IMG/VR virus record: IMGVR_UViG_3300037634_003213
Strand: one strand, 5' to 3'
Source: an uncultured virus (IMG/VR IMGVR_UViG_3300037634_003213)
Lineage: Duplodnaviria > Heunggongvirae > Uroviricota > Caudoviricetes
DNA: 64,000 bases
Both the position numbers and the translations under genes were made by a program. Position 1 is the first letter of the stretch; every line of letters begins with the position of its first letter. The notes under the pieces were generated by a model. The model had not been told where the DNA came from. It made no database searches and worked only from the letters and a program-made list of their open reading frames with translations. Below, piece by piece: positions 1 to 12,100 of this stretch.

Positions 1-83
1 CCGCTGGTTCCGCCGTGGTCTACGAACATGGAGATTCCATGCTCAAGTGAGTTTCCGTTAGTGAGTTCTACAATCTGGGACAT
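1..83 (-). CDS. 5' part of a hypothetical protein (MSQIVELTNGNSLEHG...), truncated by the window edge
   Basis: ATG at 83 (minus) preceded by AGGAGAAACAAA; frame open to the window end; same strand as the virion operon. Confidence 0.6.
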   Translation of the reverse strand, partial: MSQIVELTNGNSLEHGISMFVDHGGTS

Positions 84-145
84 TTTGTTTCTCCTAAAAA
101 AGAGTCGGGTTGGGATTGGGAAAAGGGTAACACGGGAGAGCGCAT

Positions 146-3100
146 TTAGTCACTACCTTCTGGTTGATAGCGATCTGATATATCAAGTGGTCGGTCACGG
201 GTCTTGGCCTCCAACTCTCCAACAGCGCCCTGGAGCGCCCGCTGGGTTCGGTAATAATGCATTAGTATTGCTGCGTCTTCAGTAGGCATTTGTTGTACGC
301 CGAACAGGATTGACTTCCATCCTTCATCAACGCCAATCCGGGGCCTCGCACCACGGATCGGCTCTCCTTCTGGACCTTGTTGAAAATCAATGTCGCCGGT
401 CTCAGGGTCAATTTGAAATCCTAACGCATTCATAGCCTTATCGAAATCTTCACCCTCCCCAAGGCGTTTATCGTCAACAAGCTTGCCTCTCTTTTCAATC
501 CTCACAAGATGTTTGTAATATTTGAGATCGGCATCAAGCAATTGCGGAATAATCATACCAGCGCGACCAAATCTATTAAGACTGTCAATCATGCGTCCAG
601 CAGGCGCAACGCCGAGCGTTCCTTCTTTAAAGCCTTTGATCGGCTGTAGTCTGGCCAGAAGGCCAATCGGCGTGTAGTCAATCACCTCTCCAACATCGCC
701 CATCCAACTAGTCCCAGGGGTGTCTTCACGCATTGGCATCACGGGTACTGGGCCATGCCAGATGTTTTGAAGAAGATACCAGTTCATTATCTCTGCGGCT
801 TCCCAGACGTGGGTCTGACCAGGAAACTCTTGCTCTTCGAATTCTTTAATTGCGCGAACTCTTCCCCCGACCCCCCTTAGCATCATGCCTCCAGTGGTCA
901 GAATATCGTGCTGAGCCCAGAACGTGGGAATGCGCTCTTCCCTCATTTTAGTCCCTCTAAAGAAAGACTTTTGAATAGTCATGGCCATTGGAGCCTGAAT
1001 CCAGGGGTTAAGCCTGGACATAAATCTCAACTGATTCTTCATTCTTTTCTGTCGTAGAATCACATTATCTGTTGGCAGAAAACTTCCAACAAACGAAAAG
1101 AAATCAAGCTGACCCTTTATCGCTTCCATCGCTGGAAGAATAGGCGCATTGTATCTGTTCATCTGGACCATACGATTAGCAGAGTTTCTTACGAACATGA
1201 GACCCAATCGCCCAACACTATAGTCGCTTTCGATTAAGGTTTCGTCACCATCTAAAAACACCCTATTAACACCGCGAGCAAGGCGGAACTGACCCATTAT
1301 CCTGTGAGGGTTAGTGAGAAATGTGTCCCAAAACAAATCAAGGTTCTTTCTCTGAAAAGAGTAGAAGATAAAAATCTGCCGCATGTACTTCTTTTCGAAA
1401 GGAGTAAGATCCGAATAATCAAAAAGAGCACTCCTTGCCGATTTCGCCGCATCAGCAGGAGAGAGCCCCCTGCCAAGACCTTCCGTAAACAACGCCACTC
1501 GATGGTAGTTATCAATGAACGTCGCAAAGTTAATTAACTGTTCATGATAAAATCTTAGAGACCGAACGGGACCAGGAAGCTCCACCCCTGCAAAGCCAGG
1601 ATAATCTACTTCTTTATATGGCAGCTTCTCATACTCTGTTTCCCCCGTCATTTTCTCCCAAAAAGACGGCTCGTTTTTCTTAAGATCAGCGGCAATGGAC
1701 CGCGCTGTTTCCATTGATAAGAATGAGCCAGACAAACCATGCTCGTGGCAAGACTTGGTAATGGCCTCCCTTGACCAAACTGTACCATCAGGCGTTACAA
1801 TTGGTTTTATTTTTGAAAACCGCATTGTCGGAGTCCGGCCCCACAAAGCGGCGGAAACTTCAAGGGCGATACGAGGATGGCTCATTGAGGAGAAATACCC
1901 TCGCATGCCCACTTTTTGATACACTTGAAGCTGCGCTCCAAAAGCATTCGCTACATAATAGGGCAGGTTGACCATGAAAATACCTGACGTAAGCCCCATT
2001 TTGGTCATGCGGTACGACCAACTAAACGTGTTCATGGTGAAGTTCATGAGATCTGCTGAATTAATATAATCTTTATGGAGTTTATTCTTCACTCTCTTGG
2101 CTCTGTTCAACAAGCCTGGTAGAGCTTCAGCTTCAGGAAGATGCCCGCTTTCGGTTTTCAGCCTCGATCTCCCGGCCCTTGCAGAGGCTGTTCCAGCAAC
2201 ACGGTCAACCGCGTCGTTTATTTCATCCAAAAACAATTTTGGCGTGAGGGCCTCGGAGCCGTCCGAAAATCTGGTAAGCTCCCAGTTCTCAATATTAGCC
2301 CCGTATTTCATGCCCCACTTTTCAATAAGGTCTTGAGCAACAGTATATGCTTCAAGATCATCAACTACGACTTTTGTTACTACGTCACCCATAGTAGCTT
2401 GAGTTCGTCTATAGCCCCCTTCCTTTGAAAGGCGCTTCCTGGCTTGTTTGCTAAGTAGCCCAGCGCCCGGCCCGCTTCCCTGTAGCTTGCCGCCTCCTTC
2501 AGCTAAAAACCTAGGACCTTCAAGCCTTGATTGAAGACCTTCATGAAGAAGCGAACCGCTCTCATCAACAAGATGGCCAACCCCACCAAACTTCATTTCA
2601 TCATTAAGATACAGCCTGACTCTCTCCGCGAACGCTCTTTTTTCAGTGATGCTTCGGATCGAGGACGGCGCAAGATCTTCAACCTTCACAGCCATTCCCA
2701 TGTCAGTCATGTCATTAATCAAGCCCTTAAAAATACTTTGGGCTCTTAATCTAACAATAGTTTCCAACATCGCATGGGCAAGGTTGTATCGACCTGGATA
2801 CTTGAGCGCAGTGCCGGTAGAATATCCTTTGTTTGCAAAGGTTCTAAGAACCTCGCCCCACTCTCCACGGTAGAAGAGATTGTACAACGCGATAGCATCG
2901 CCCCGTTCTGTAAAAGAGCCGTCTTTACGATTGAAGATCTTTCGCGCAGCCTCTGGTGAACCGGCCATTCCAACAATAATAGTTTCGACAGCGTCATCAG
3001 CCATGTGAAGTCGGCGGGATATGCCCTCTCCGAGAACTAAATAAGCTTCTGCAATAGCCTCGCGCATCAAAGGATCTTTTATTTCAACCTTGCCGTTTCT

Positions 3101-6100
3101 GAGCACAGTGCGTTCTGGTTCAGTTCTCTTGATAAGATCAATTTCACGTAGAAGTTCAATGGCTTTTCGTTCTGTGGGCAACATCAATCGGTTGTCCGCA
3201 AATGCTATCTGGATGTCATCAAGCCTTTCAACAACGACATCAAAAGATATGCCTCTCTGTGAATCGAAATATACCTCGACGTTATCCAAGGTCCTATATG
3301 ATTGGTTGCTAATAGGTTGTTCAAGAACCTCTTTTAGCCCTTCAAGGGTTTCCCAAACGCCCGAGGCCATGCGACCTTCTTTCAGTGATTTCTGAACCCG
3401 CCTAATCCAGTTCGGAATATCGTCGATTTGACGAGACCTGCGCATGAAAAGCTCTTTTACAATAGGGCTTACAACCTCAGTGTCTACGCTCGTTTCTTTT
3501 CCGGTCTTTGATTTTCTAACATGAGCAAGCGGTGCTCTTGTTTTGAATTTCTTTTTAAGAGAGCGAACTATGATGTCACCGCCAAACCATTTAAAACCTC
3601 TAGAACTCAAAACATTCTGTACAGCAGCATACCCAAGAGATTTCGGAACCTTTTTCATTTCCTTAGTCAAGCCAGTCCCGACCCCTACTACATGATCCCG
3701 AAGCATTTCACGTGTAATAAAATCGTAGTGAGCTTCAGGAAGAACACTTAAGTCTCCGTGTGGCCCAAGGTACTCACCAAGAACCATTCTGACTGGATCT
3801 TTAGTTCTTGGATCAGCATAAAGCTCAAGAAGCAAAGATTTTAAGTTGACTTGTTGAAGCTCGGTAAGTTCAAAGACAGTTATTTCAACGGGAACTTCTC
3901 TGCCATCAGGAAGAATCTCAGTAGCGACCTCCCATTCTGGCATGCCGTCCTCTCCGATTATTTCGTCTCCAAACCGATCCAACTTTGCCCGTTCTTTTGG
4001 AACCTTTTTCATTTGCTTTTTTAAAGCATGCGGGTCACCGAACACCGAATAGGTTCGAAGCTGCACCTCTTCAAGATACCTGGGAAGCATACGCGCAGGA
4101 ACAATGCTTCTTGTTGAAAAGCTCAACCAGTTGTTCGTATATTTTGTGCGAGACATCTCTCTTGAGACGTATTCAACCGCCTTCTGCATTGTCTTGAAGG
4201 TGTCCACCTCCGTGACATCATCGCCAAGCTCAAGGGCATGGCGAATACGGCCCTCATCCAAATCAATACGAGTAGCCTCTTTTGAGCGACCACCTTTCGC
4301 TACTACCTCTGTTTCAAGAACACTCTCTTTTAATGGTACGCGGGGAATCGACTTAAACTCAGCCGAGTCGCTTACGTCAAACATCGCTTCTTTCTTTGCA
4401 TCGTTAAGGACGCCAAGCCACTCATCAAAATACCTACGCACCGCAGGGTTGGTCCGGTCTGCTCTGTGCCTTATGCGCCGCCAAAACACGGCCAACTTAT
4501 CTTTAATGCCGTGAAAGGCCATATCAACTTGCGGATCATCCACATTCCTAGAATGCCAAAAGTCAACAAATGCGTCACTAACTTCTGCTCTGCCGCGACC
4601 AGTAAGCGTAGTGACTCCGTTTTCTCCAACGATACTGTCAAACTTATTGGTGAAAACCTCCATCATTTCAGGAAATTCTTCGGCCATTAAATACAGGAGA
4701 GCGTTGCTGTTCTCTTTGAAAAGAACAGATGCGTCCCCCTTATTAAACAAGTCTGACAAGTCGCGACCAGCGCTAATCAATATATTTAAAGGAGTTGAAG
4801 GCGGCCCACCTTCTCGCATATACAAGGCACCCTTAGACATTTCTGTTGGTAATGGGCGTCCCTCAAAAGGAGCGGTGCCGCCAAAGCGGCCCTCTTTAAA
4901 CGAGCTATGAAGATCACGGAAGCCAGCACCAAACAATCCGCTGACTAATCGGCTATGGCGACTTGTAAGATCGGCCTGAACACGAGGGTCTTTGATCTCA
5001 GGGAATGTGGCTTCTAAAGACTTAATGATTGACTTAAGGGCCGCTGGCCGCACGGCTGGAAGCATAGTGCTCCCAGGCTGAACAATCACGTGAGGATCAA
5101 GATAGCCTCGCCATTCGTCCCAAATCACATGAGACCTTGTTGCTACGTTGCCAAGCACATCGCGTTCTTGAACGTCTCTGGCCATGCTTTCAAGCACTTC
5201 TTTATAGTCAGGAGACATGACTTCAACATACTTAGTCCCGTCTTTTTCTCTCGATAAGTCTCTTATGAATTTATCAACAATCGGGTGATCTGAGCCAAAC
5301 ATTTTCTCGGCTGATTCAATGTGCTCGTGAGCTTTAATTGCGTCCTCAAGCTTCCCAACTCTGTCAGCACGCTGTTTAGGGGTGAGCTTTGTATTAGCTT
5401 TTACATCAGCCATAACCTGACGGACTTTTTTAGAATCAATGTTCTTTGTTGGGAAGGCTTTCCTATATTCTGAAACGCCTACAGGATGAACTTGCAGTCT
5501 TTGTGGCGTTGTGATTTCAGTGCGAAGCTGGTCTCGCCAAAACGTGTAGCCAGGATTCGACTTATCGGCCTTAAGGAATTGCTCGAAAGACACGCTTTCA
5601 CGACGCTTTCGTTGATCGTTTAATATCTGTTTAGCCCTGGCTTTAATAGCCTTAGTGCTGGGAGCCTTATTCTTTTTCGACTTTCGAATAAGCTGAGCTT
5701 CGGCAACTTCTTCAAGGTGTTTCTTGGCGGCTTTGCTTTTAATTGTGCGCCAATCATCGTACCAGCCCCTGGCTTTATTTTGCCAGCGTTCTTCTTTTAG
5801 GAACTTCTTCCCTATAATACCGATTTGGTGAATATCGATAGCGCTAATCGTAGCCGCTATTGGGTTCTGCCAATAGATTCCGAATGCACTAATCTTGGTA
5901 GCCATACCAGGCACCATGCTCGACACCCTGTCTGAGAATGCGTCCCATGCTTCATCTGGATAGCGCTCAAAGAATGATTGTTTAAGATCGCCTCTTTGTA
6001 CTTTAACAAAATCCTCGTACATCATATCGTACATTTCGAGCAGCTTAGCTGTGTCTGCTGGGCTGGAAAGGACGATGTCTCCGGTAAGAGCAATAACATC

Positions 6101-9100
6101 AGTAGATGAAACCGAGTTCAGAACGGCCCTGTGAGCCATGTCTGCTGCCTCCATCTCTTTGATAGCCTTTTTAAGCTGCGATTTTGCACGCCGACGTTTA
6201 GCCGCATCCTTGATTTTTGGGATTCGAGATTCAATCTTCTCGACTTGTCTCTTGAACTTCGTATAGCGACCAAGAGCTTTCCTTGCCTTTCCTGCAATCT
6301 TATTGGCGTTTAACGATGCAATATCAACGGACTGCACTTCAATCAACGGGCCGCCAGGTTTTGTCCAATCACGAATCTCAATTATCGGCAGAACATTGGT
6401 CTCAACGTCAAGAAGGATTTGTTTTTTCCCAAACCGATCCTTAAGAGCTTTTGTTCCAATAGTTATAGAGAAGCCAAGAATATGGTTCGCTTCATTGCGA
6501 GTTAAGGGGGAACCCTTGTTTATCGATGCTGCACGAGCCCGACCCACCATGTCTGCCAGGTCCCGCATGCTTCTTGGTCTTGCTACGGCAGCAAACATCT
6601 GATTGTCTAATAGATTTGTTTGCATCGATAAGAACGCAAACACATACTGTGACGCAACGTCCATTAAATGGACTTCCATTTGTTGGGCCCACTCAGCACG
6701 AGCTTCATTGTTTATAAAACGATTTTCCGAGAAGAAGTCTTCGATATTTGGTCGTTTAGCCTCAAGGCCATAGCCGCTGTGAAGCTTGTCGTACATCTCC
6801 TCGACCATTGCTGTGTAGGCTTCTTTGTACTGTTCAATGATTTCATCAAAGTTGCCGAGGGTGTCGGGCTTTCCAAAAAGACCTTCACCAACATCTGACC
6901 ACCATTTTCCAGCAGCCTCGTCGGTAATCATCTCAATCGGGCGTCTCGCTAAATACTGAACGTCCGCAAAGCTAAACACTCCCTCTTTTCCGCCAGGAAT
7001 CAACACCTTCATCCCTTGCTCTCCACCAAAACCAGTGGCCTTAAGCATTGGATATACTGGGCCAGAAACTTCCGAACGCTCGATCCTTGTGCCTTCTGGT
7101 GTTTCTACGATGCGCTCTACGGTGAACTTTGTATCCGTGGAAATGTCCTCAAGAGGAGAAGCGCTACCCATCCTCTGCTTTAAAATTTCTGCTTGGTAAG
7201 AAGTAATCTCAGAGTTGAAAACCCTTTGCTTAAGACCCGAGTCTACTTCAAAGTCCACAACAGCATGCGGCGTTCCGCCAATCTTCTCAGATGAAAGATC
7301 GAACTCTGCTGCTAACTCTTCTGAGAAGTGCCCTGAATCAAGAGCATCGCGCTCATTGAGAACTTGGCGAATGTCTGGCCCAAGCCTGTCAACGGCTCCA
7401 TCAATATCCAAAAGATCAGAAGAACCTGTAGGTCCTGTCGCAACTTTTGTTGTTGGTTCTGCTACTCCCTGAGACTCTCTAAGGGCTTCAATGCGGCGAT
7501 TTGCAGTGTTTAGTCTACGCTCATATAGGCGCTTTGTCCCGACCGCTGTGGCCTTGCTCAGACTCTCTTCAGCCTCTGCCGCACGCTTCATTAAGATTTG
7601 CATCTCGATTGATTCTGGTGCCTTGGCCGCCCCTTTAACAGGCTTCTCCATGAGCGAGATAAACTCAGTCTTGGGTCGCGAAGCAAGCTCTTCAAGTGGC
7701 GCATCGAGCAGTTCATCCGTCACGCGGATCAACTCGGTCAAGGCGTTGTGGTCTTTCTTTGCAACACCGAGCAGGTCTGCGATCTTTTCGACGAAGACAT
7801 TCCACATCGACTTGTCTTCAACCTTAATGGTCATCAAATAGTCTTGGAACGTCTTGTTTGTCAGGCCATAAGCAACAAACTCTTTCACATTTCCAGTCGC
7901 GCTTATGAGAACTTCTTCAGTAGCGGCGTCAAGGATTTTCTCTTTTTGGGCTTGTTTAGCAAGCTTGACTACTTGGTTGCGAAGGTCAAAAATATCAGCC
8001 GTAGCTTTTTGAAGCGCAGTGCCCTTGTTCGCAGGACGGTTGCCATCAAAAAGCCGCCTCACGGTGGCTGCATGTACCAACTCGTGCAGTGCGGCTTCAG
8101 CCGTCGTTCCAGAGAAAGCCTCATTCCCGCGAAGGAACACATCATTAAAAGCGTCACCAGCAGGCGACCAATTTAGACCACTGGTGACTACACTCAACCG
8201 AGATTCGTGTGCGGAAATTAAGGTTAATTTATAGGCAATTTTATTTGGTAATGTACCTTTTTTCTCCATGTCGTATACAGCTTTTGGTATATCCTCGCGG
8301 CCCTCAATTACATGCACCTCGGTATCGCCTAAGTGAGGCTTGATACGCTCAGCAATACGTTGGTGTACAGGATTGTCTGCATTTTCAGCAATAAACTCAG
8401 CAAGCTCAGTGCCCGTTTTTGCCTGACGCATGGCAGCGTTGGCTTCTCCGAGAGTCAGTTCACCTAGCCCTACATCGGTTGGGACGTTTGATTTCTCGGC
8501 TTGAACAACGTCAGTGGGCGGTGCCTCCGCCATCCGAAGCTCAGCGGGAGGTAGTTCTTCCTCCATCCTCAACAGGTCTTGGGCAACCTCAACCTCATCA
8601 AGATCTGGGATGTATTGCCCGTCAAGCCCGGCTCGTTGTCTTGACAAGGCGCTGAACACCCCCTCGTCTGCCATTCGCACCTGGAACCCCGTAGCTCTGC
8701 GCAGCGCAACCTCACGGCGAGAAGCCATACCCGCTGCCTTATCGTCAAACAGGCGGTCAACTAAAGTCGATAGCGCGGGATGAAAGTCCGTTCTCGCTCT
8801 GGGAGCACGCCTATACCAGGAGTTAAACCAGTTAGACATGCGCTCCATCAGGTTGTTAAAAATGCGGAGCAAATCACCAGCGCCGCGTTGTGTTGCCACA
8901 ACATTAGGAAGACGATGCGTGATTACGAACTCAGCGAAGTTCTCAGCAAACCATTCATTGAACTGAATGTCGGTCATTGTTTGGAAGTTTCGCGTGTATG
9001 GCGTATCTCTGAACAAGCCAAAGTCGTCCAACTCATCCCTGAAAGCTTTCGAGAGAATCGCGATTTCACTGTCAGCCAAAAACGACATCGCAACACCGTG

Positions 9101-12100
9101 ACCAAGCTCGTGAAGAAACTGGTAGGTGCGAGGGCCGACACGATCAGAGCCTCTCTTATAGGAGTCCAGCGCATGCTCAAATTGAGATACGAGTTGCTCA
9201 GTTTTTTCAGCGGAAAACACCTCGCCCTCTTGTCGCTTCATCCAAGTCTCAGCGTCTACATATCGCTCCGACAACTCACGAGAGGTATAGGTTTTGCCGG
9301 TTTTTGGGTTCTTTCTGTCTGACAAGAACCGAATAGCAACGGATCGAAAACCTTGATTATCATCCCTCTTATAGCGAATGGCTTCGAAAATCTCATCGAG
9401 GTTTGCGCCGATTAAGAAAGAGCTTTCCGCTGCTTTCATCGTTCCGATCTCGTCGGCATAACCGAAAAAATCAACAGAACTAATCAGCCGATCAACCGCC
9501 CCACCTTCTGTTAGAAGCTCTGTAGTCCTCGCAGAAGCACCTTGTGCAATACCGGCAATCTGATCATTAAGGCGTATGTCTCTCAACACCCTTTCTGGAA
9601 GGGACATAACCAGCGCTTCAAGGACCGCCGCTTGGTCTACCTCAAGAAACCCTTTCTCAGCAAGAGCCCTGATAGACTGAGCAATCTGAGCGCGTCCAGC
9701 ATTAGCCTGGGCGGCAGAAACTTTTGCTTCTCCAGCATCATCCAATGTCTCGCGGGCTCGCCTTACTCGCTCGGAAACATCTTCAAGAACATTATCGAAA
9801 AGCTTTCGAACTGAATCAAGAGTGGCTTCGTCTGAGAACCGGGCCAACATATTGTCTTCTGCCCGAGAAAGTAGTTCTACAAAGTCATCAAACTTTGATT
9901 GAGCGGTAGCAGGCATGTCAGCAAATTCTTTCGCAAGACGATGTGAAATCTCGCCAAGAAGATCGGCACCAATGTCGCTCTTGTGCGTTGTGCGACTGAT
10001 AAGAGTCACAAGCATATCCATGCCCATGCTTCTGAGTCTTGCTTTATCTCCAACAGCATTGACGATTTCAAACTGAGCAGCATCGCTTAAGGCGTTGAGT
10101 TGTGCCTCATCCGATAAATCGACATCAACGGTCCTAAGCTCATCAGCAGGAATAGAATCAACAAGCGCTTGTTTGGCTGAATCAACCTCGCCTGCGCGTG
10201 ATCCAATCGTCATGCTCGGTGGCTCTACAGATCGGCCCGATTTAATGTCATTAAGCAATGATTCCATGTAGGTCTCAATTGCTTTACTCCCCTCTTCGAG
10301 GCCCCTGACCCGCGCAAGACCAACAGCATGGGTTTCAATCATTGCCATTAGAGAATCGACAACGTCAATACCTTCAAGAGACTTGTAGTTCAGGGGATTT
10401 CTTTCATTGGCTGCTTCAAGCTCATCTCTAAGGCGAGAGTATGAGGCTGATTCCCGAATACCTTTTGTGTAATCGTCCACGCTATCAAGGCGTGCTGCTG
10501 CTTCTGAAAGAAACTTAGCAGTCCTCATCTTCGAGGAGTCTTTAAGAACGCGATTCACATCTTCAGCAGCGATACCACCGCGCCGCATGACCTCAAACAC
10601 ATTAGAACGAAATTTTGGACCAAACCCCTCAAGCGGGTTGCGGCCTTGTAGTAGGTTCTTATTGAAAAGTTCACCGGCCATCATGCTTGTTAAATCGTGC
10701 ATGCCCCCGAACTTTTTGGTTAGAGGTGCCGGACCCATGCCAGGTATGGCATTTCTCCAACCCATAAAACCTCGTTGCCGACTTTTGGCTTCTCGCATCC
10801 TTTTTTTGGCCAGGCTTAGCTCAGGGTCACCGAAAATGACTTCCCTCAAATCTCTTCGACCCAGCCTTTCTACAGTATCGGCTCGACGTTTTGCTGCTCC
10901 AGTCGTTGCCGTGTCTACTGCTTTTTGGTAATCCGCAATGTCTTCAACGGGCGCAACTTTCTTCCACAGACTCCCGAACCCATAAATGCCGTCTGCCAAA
11001 TACGCGGCCCGCATTGTGTCGAGGGCAATCGGTGCGCCAGGCATGTCTTTGTAAATCTTCCTTAGACGGGCTGTGCCTACAAAAGGTCGAGCCAATGTTG
11101 CTAAACCCATCTCCTCAACAGGAACAAGAAAATCTAAACCCAGACCAGTGGCTATTGAGGCTTTATAAAAGCTGCTGTTTTTGTCATAGCCTAAACCAAG
11201 CGCCGTTTCTCCAAGCCTATCCATAAACCCAGCAGCACCATAAGGGTCCATACCGGACCACGAATCGTTGATGCTGCCACGGTCGCTAGCGCGGCCATCC
11301 CAATCCCACGCGCCGAACTGATCTCCAATAGCCATGATCGGATCAGATATGACATCCATGGCTATCTCAGAAATAGGGCCAGCAAAAAACTCACCCCCGA
11401 CCCGCAAGAAGGTGCCCGCACCATTTTCATCTATGGTAACAGTTGTTCCATCTTCGAGGTAACGAGAGTCGGTCATCGCGTTACCCAGCGTCTGGATCGC
11501 GAAATCGCCAACCTTTCTGTCTTCTGGGCCGTACATCGCCTCTCTTGCTGCTGTCTGACGTTCGATGTTTTTACGAATGCCTTCGTAGCCCCCCATTTTT
11601 TTAAAAACGCCAGAGCCTATTTTGCCTGGAAGGGTGTAAAGCTTTTGGCGATTAAGCTGACTCTCAATGGTTTCCCAGCCATCGTCGGAGTGAACGTACT
11701 CCTCAAGGTACACGCCCTCGTCCTCGGCCCTTTCTTTGGCCCCTTGGATGATTCTATAGATCGCAGGATGTAAATACAGAACATCTGGATTTTCAACATA
11801 GATGCTGAGCGCTTGAGGCGGCTGCACTGGGTAGTTCTGAGCTTTTAGAAACTCGTCCTTAAACTCAGAGAATGACGGAACGTCTAACAGGTAATCGTTG
11901 ACTCGTATGTCATCACGAGACTTACCCAAAAACATTTTTGTAAACTCGGCCTTCCGCACTGACGGGTCGTCTGAGATAAGTTCTTCGTTGTCAAAAAACT
12001 TTTTAAAATCCTCTGCAACTTCACTGCCCCACAAAGCTGTGTTTATCTGGCCAAAATCAGAACCAGGCACATCGATACCTAGAGCATCTCCAATACGCAC

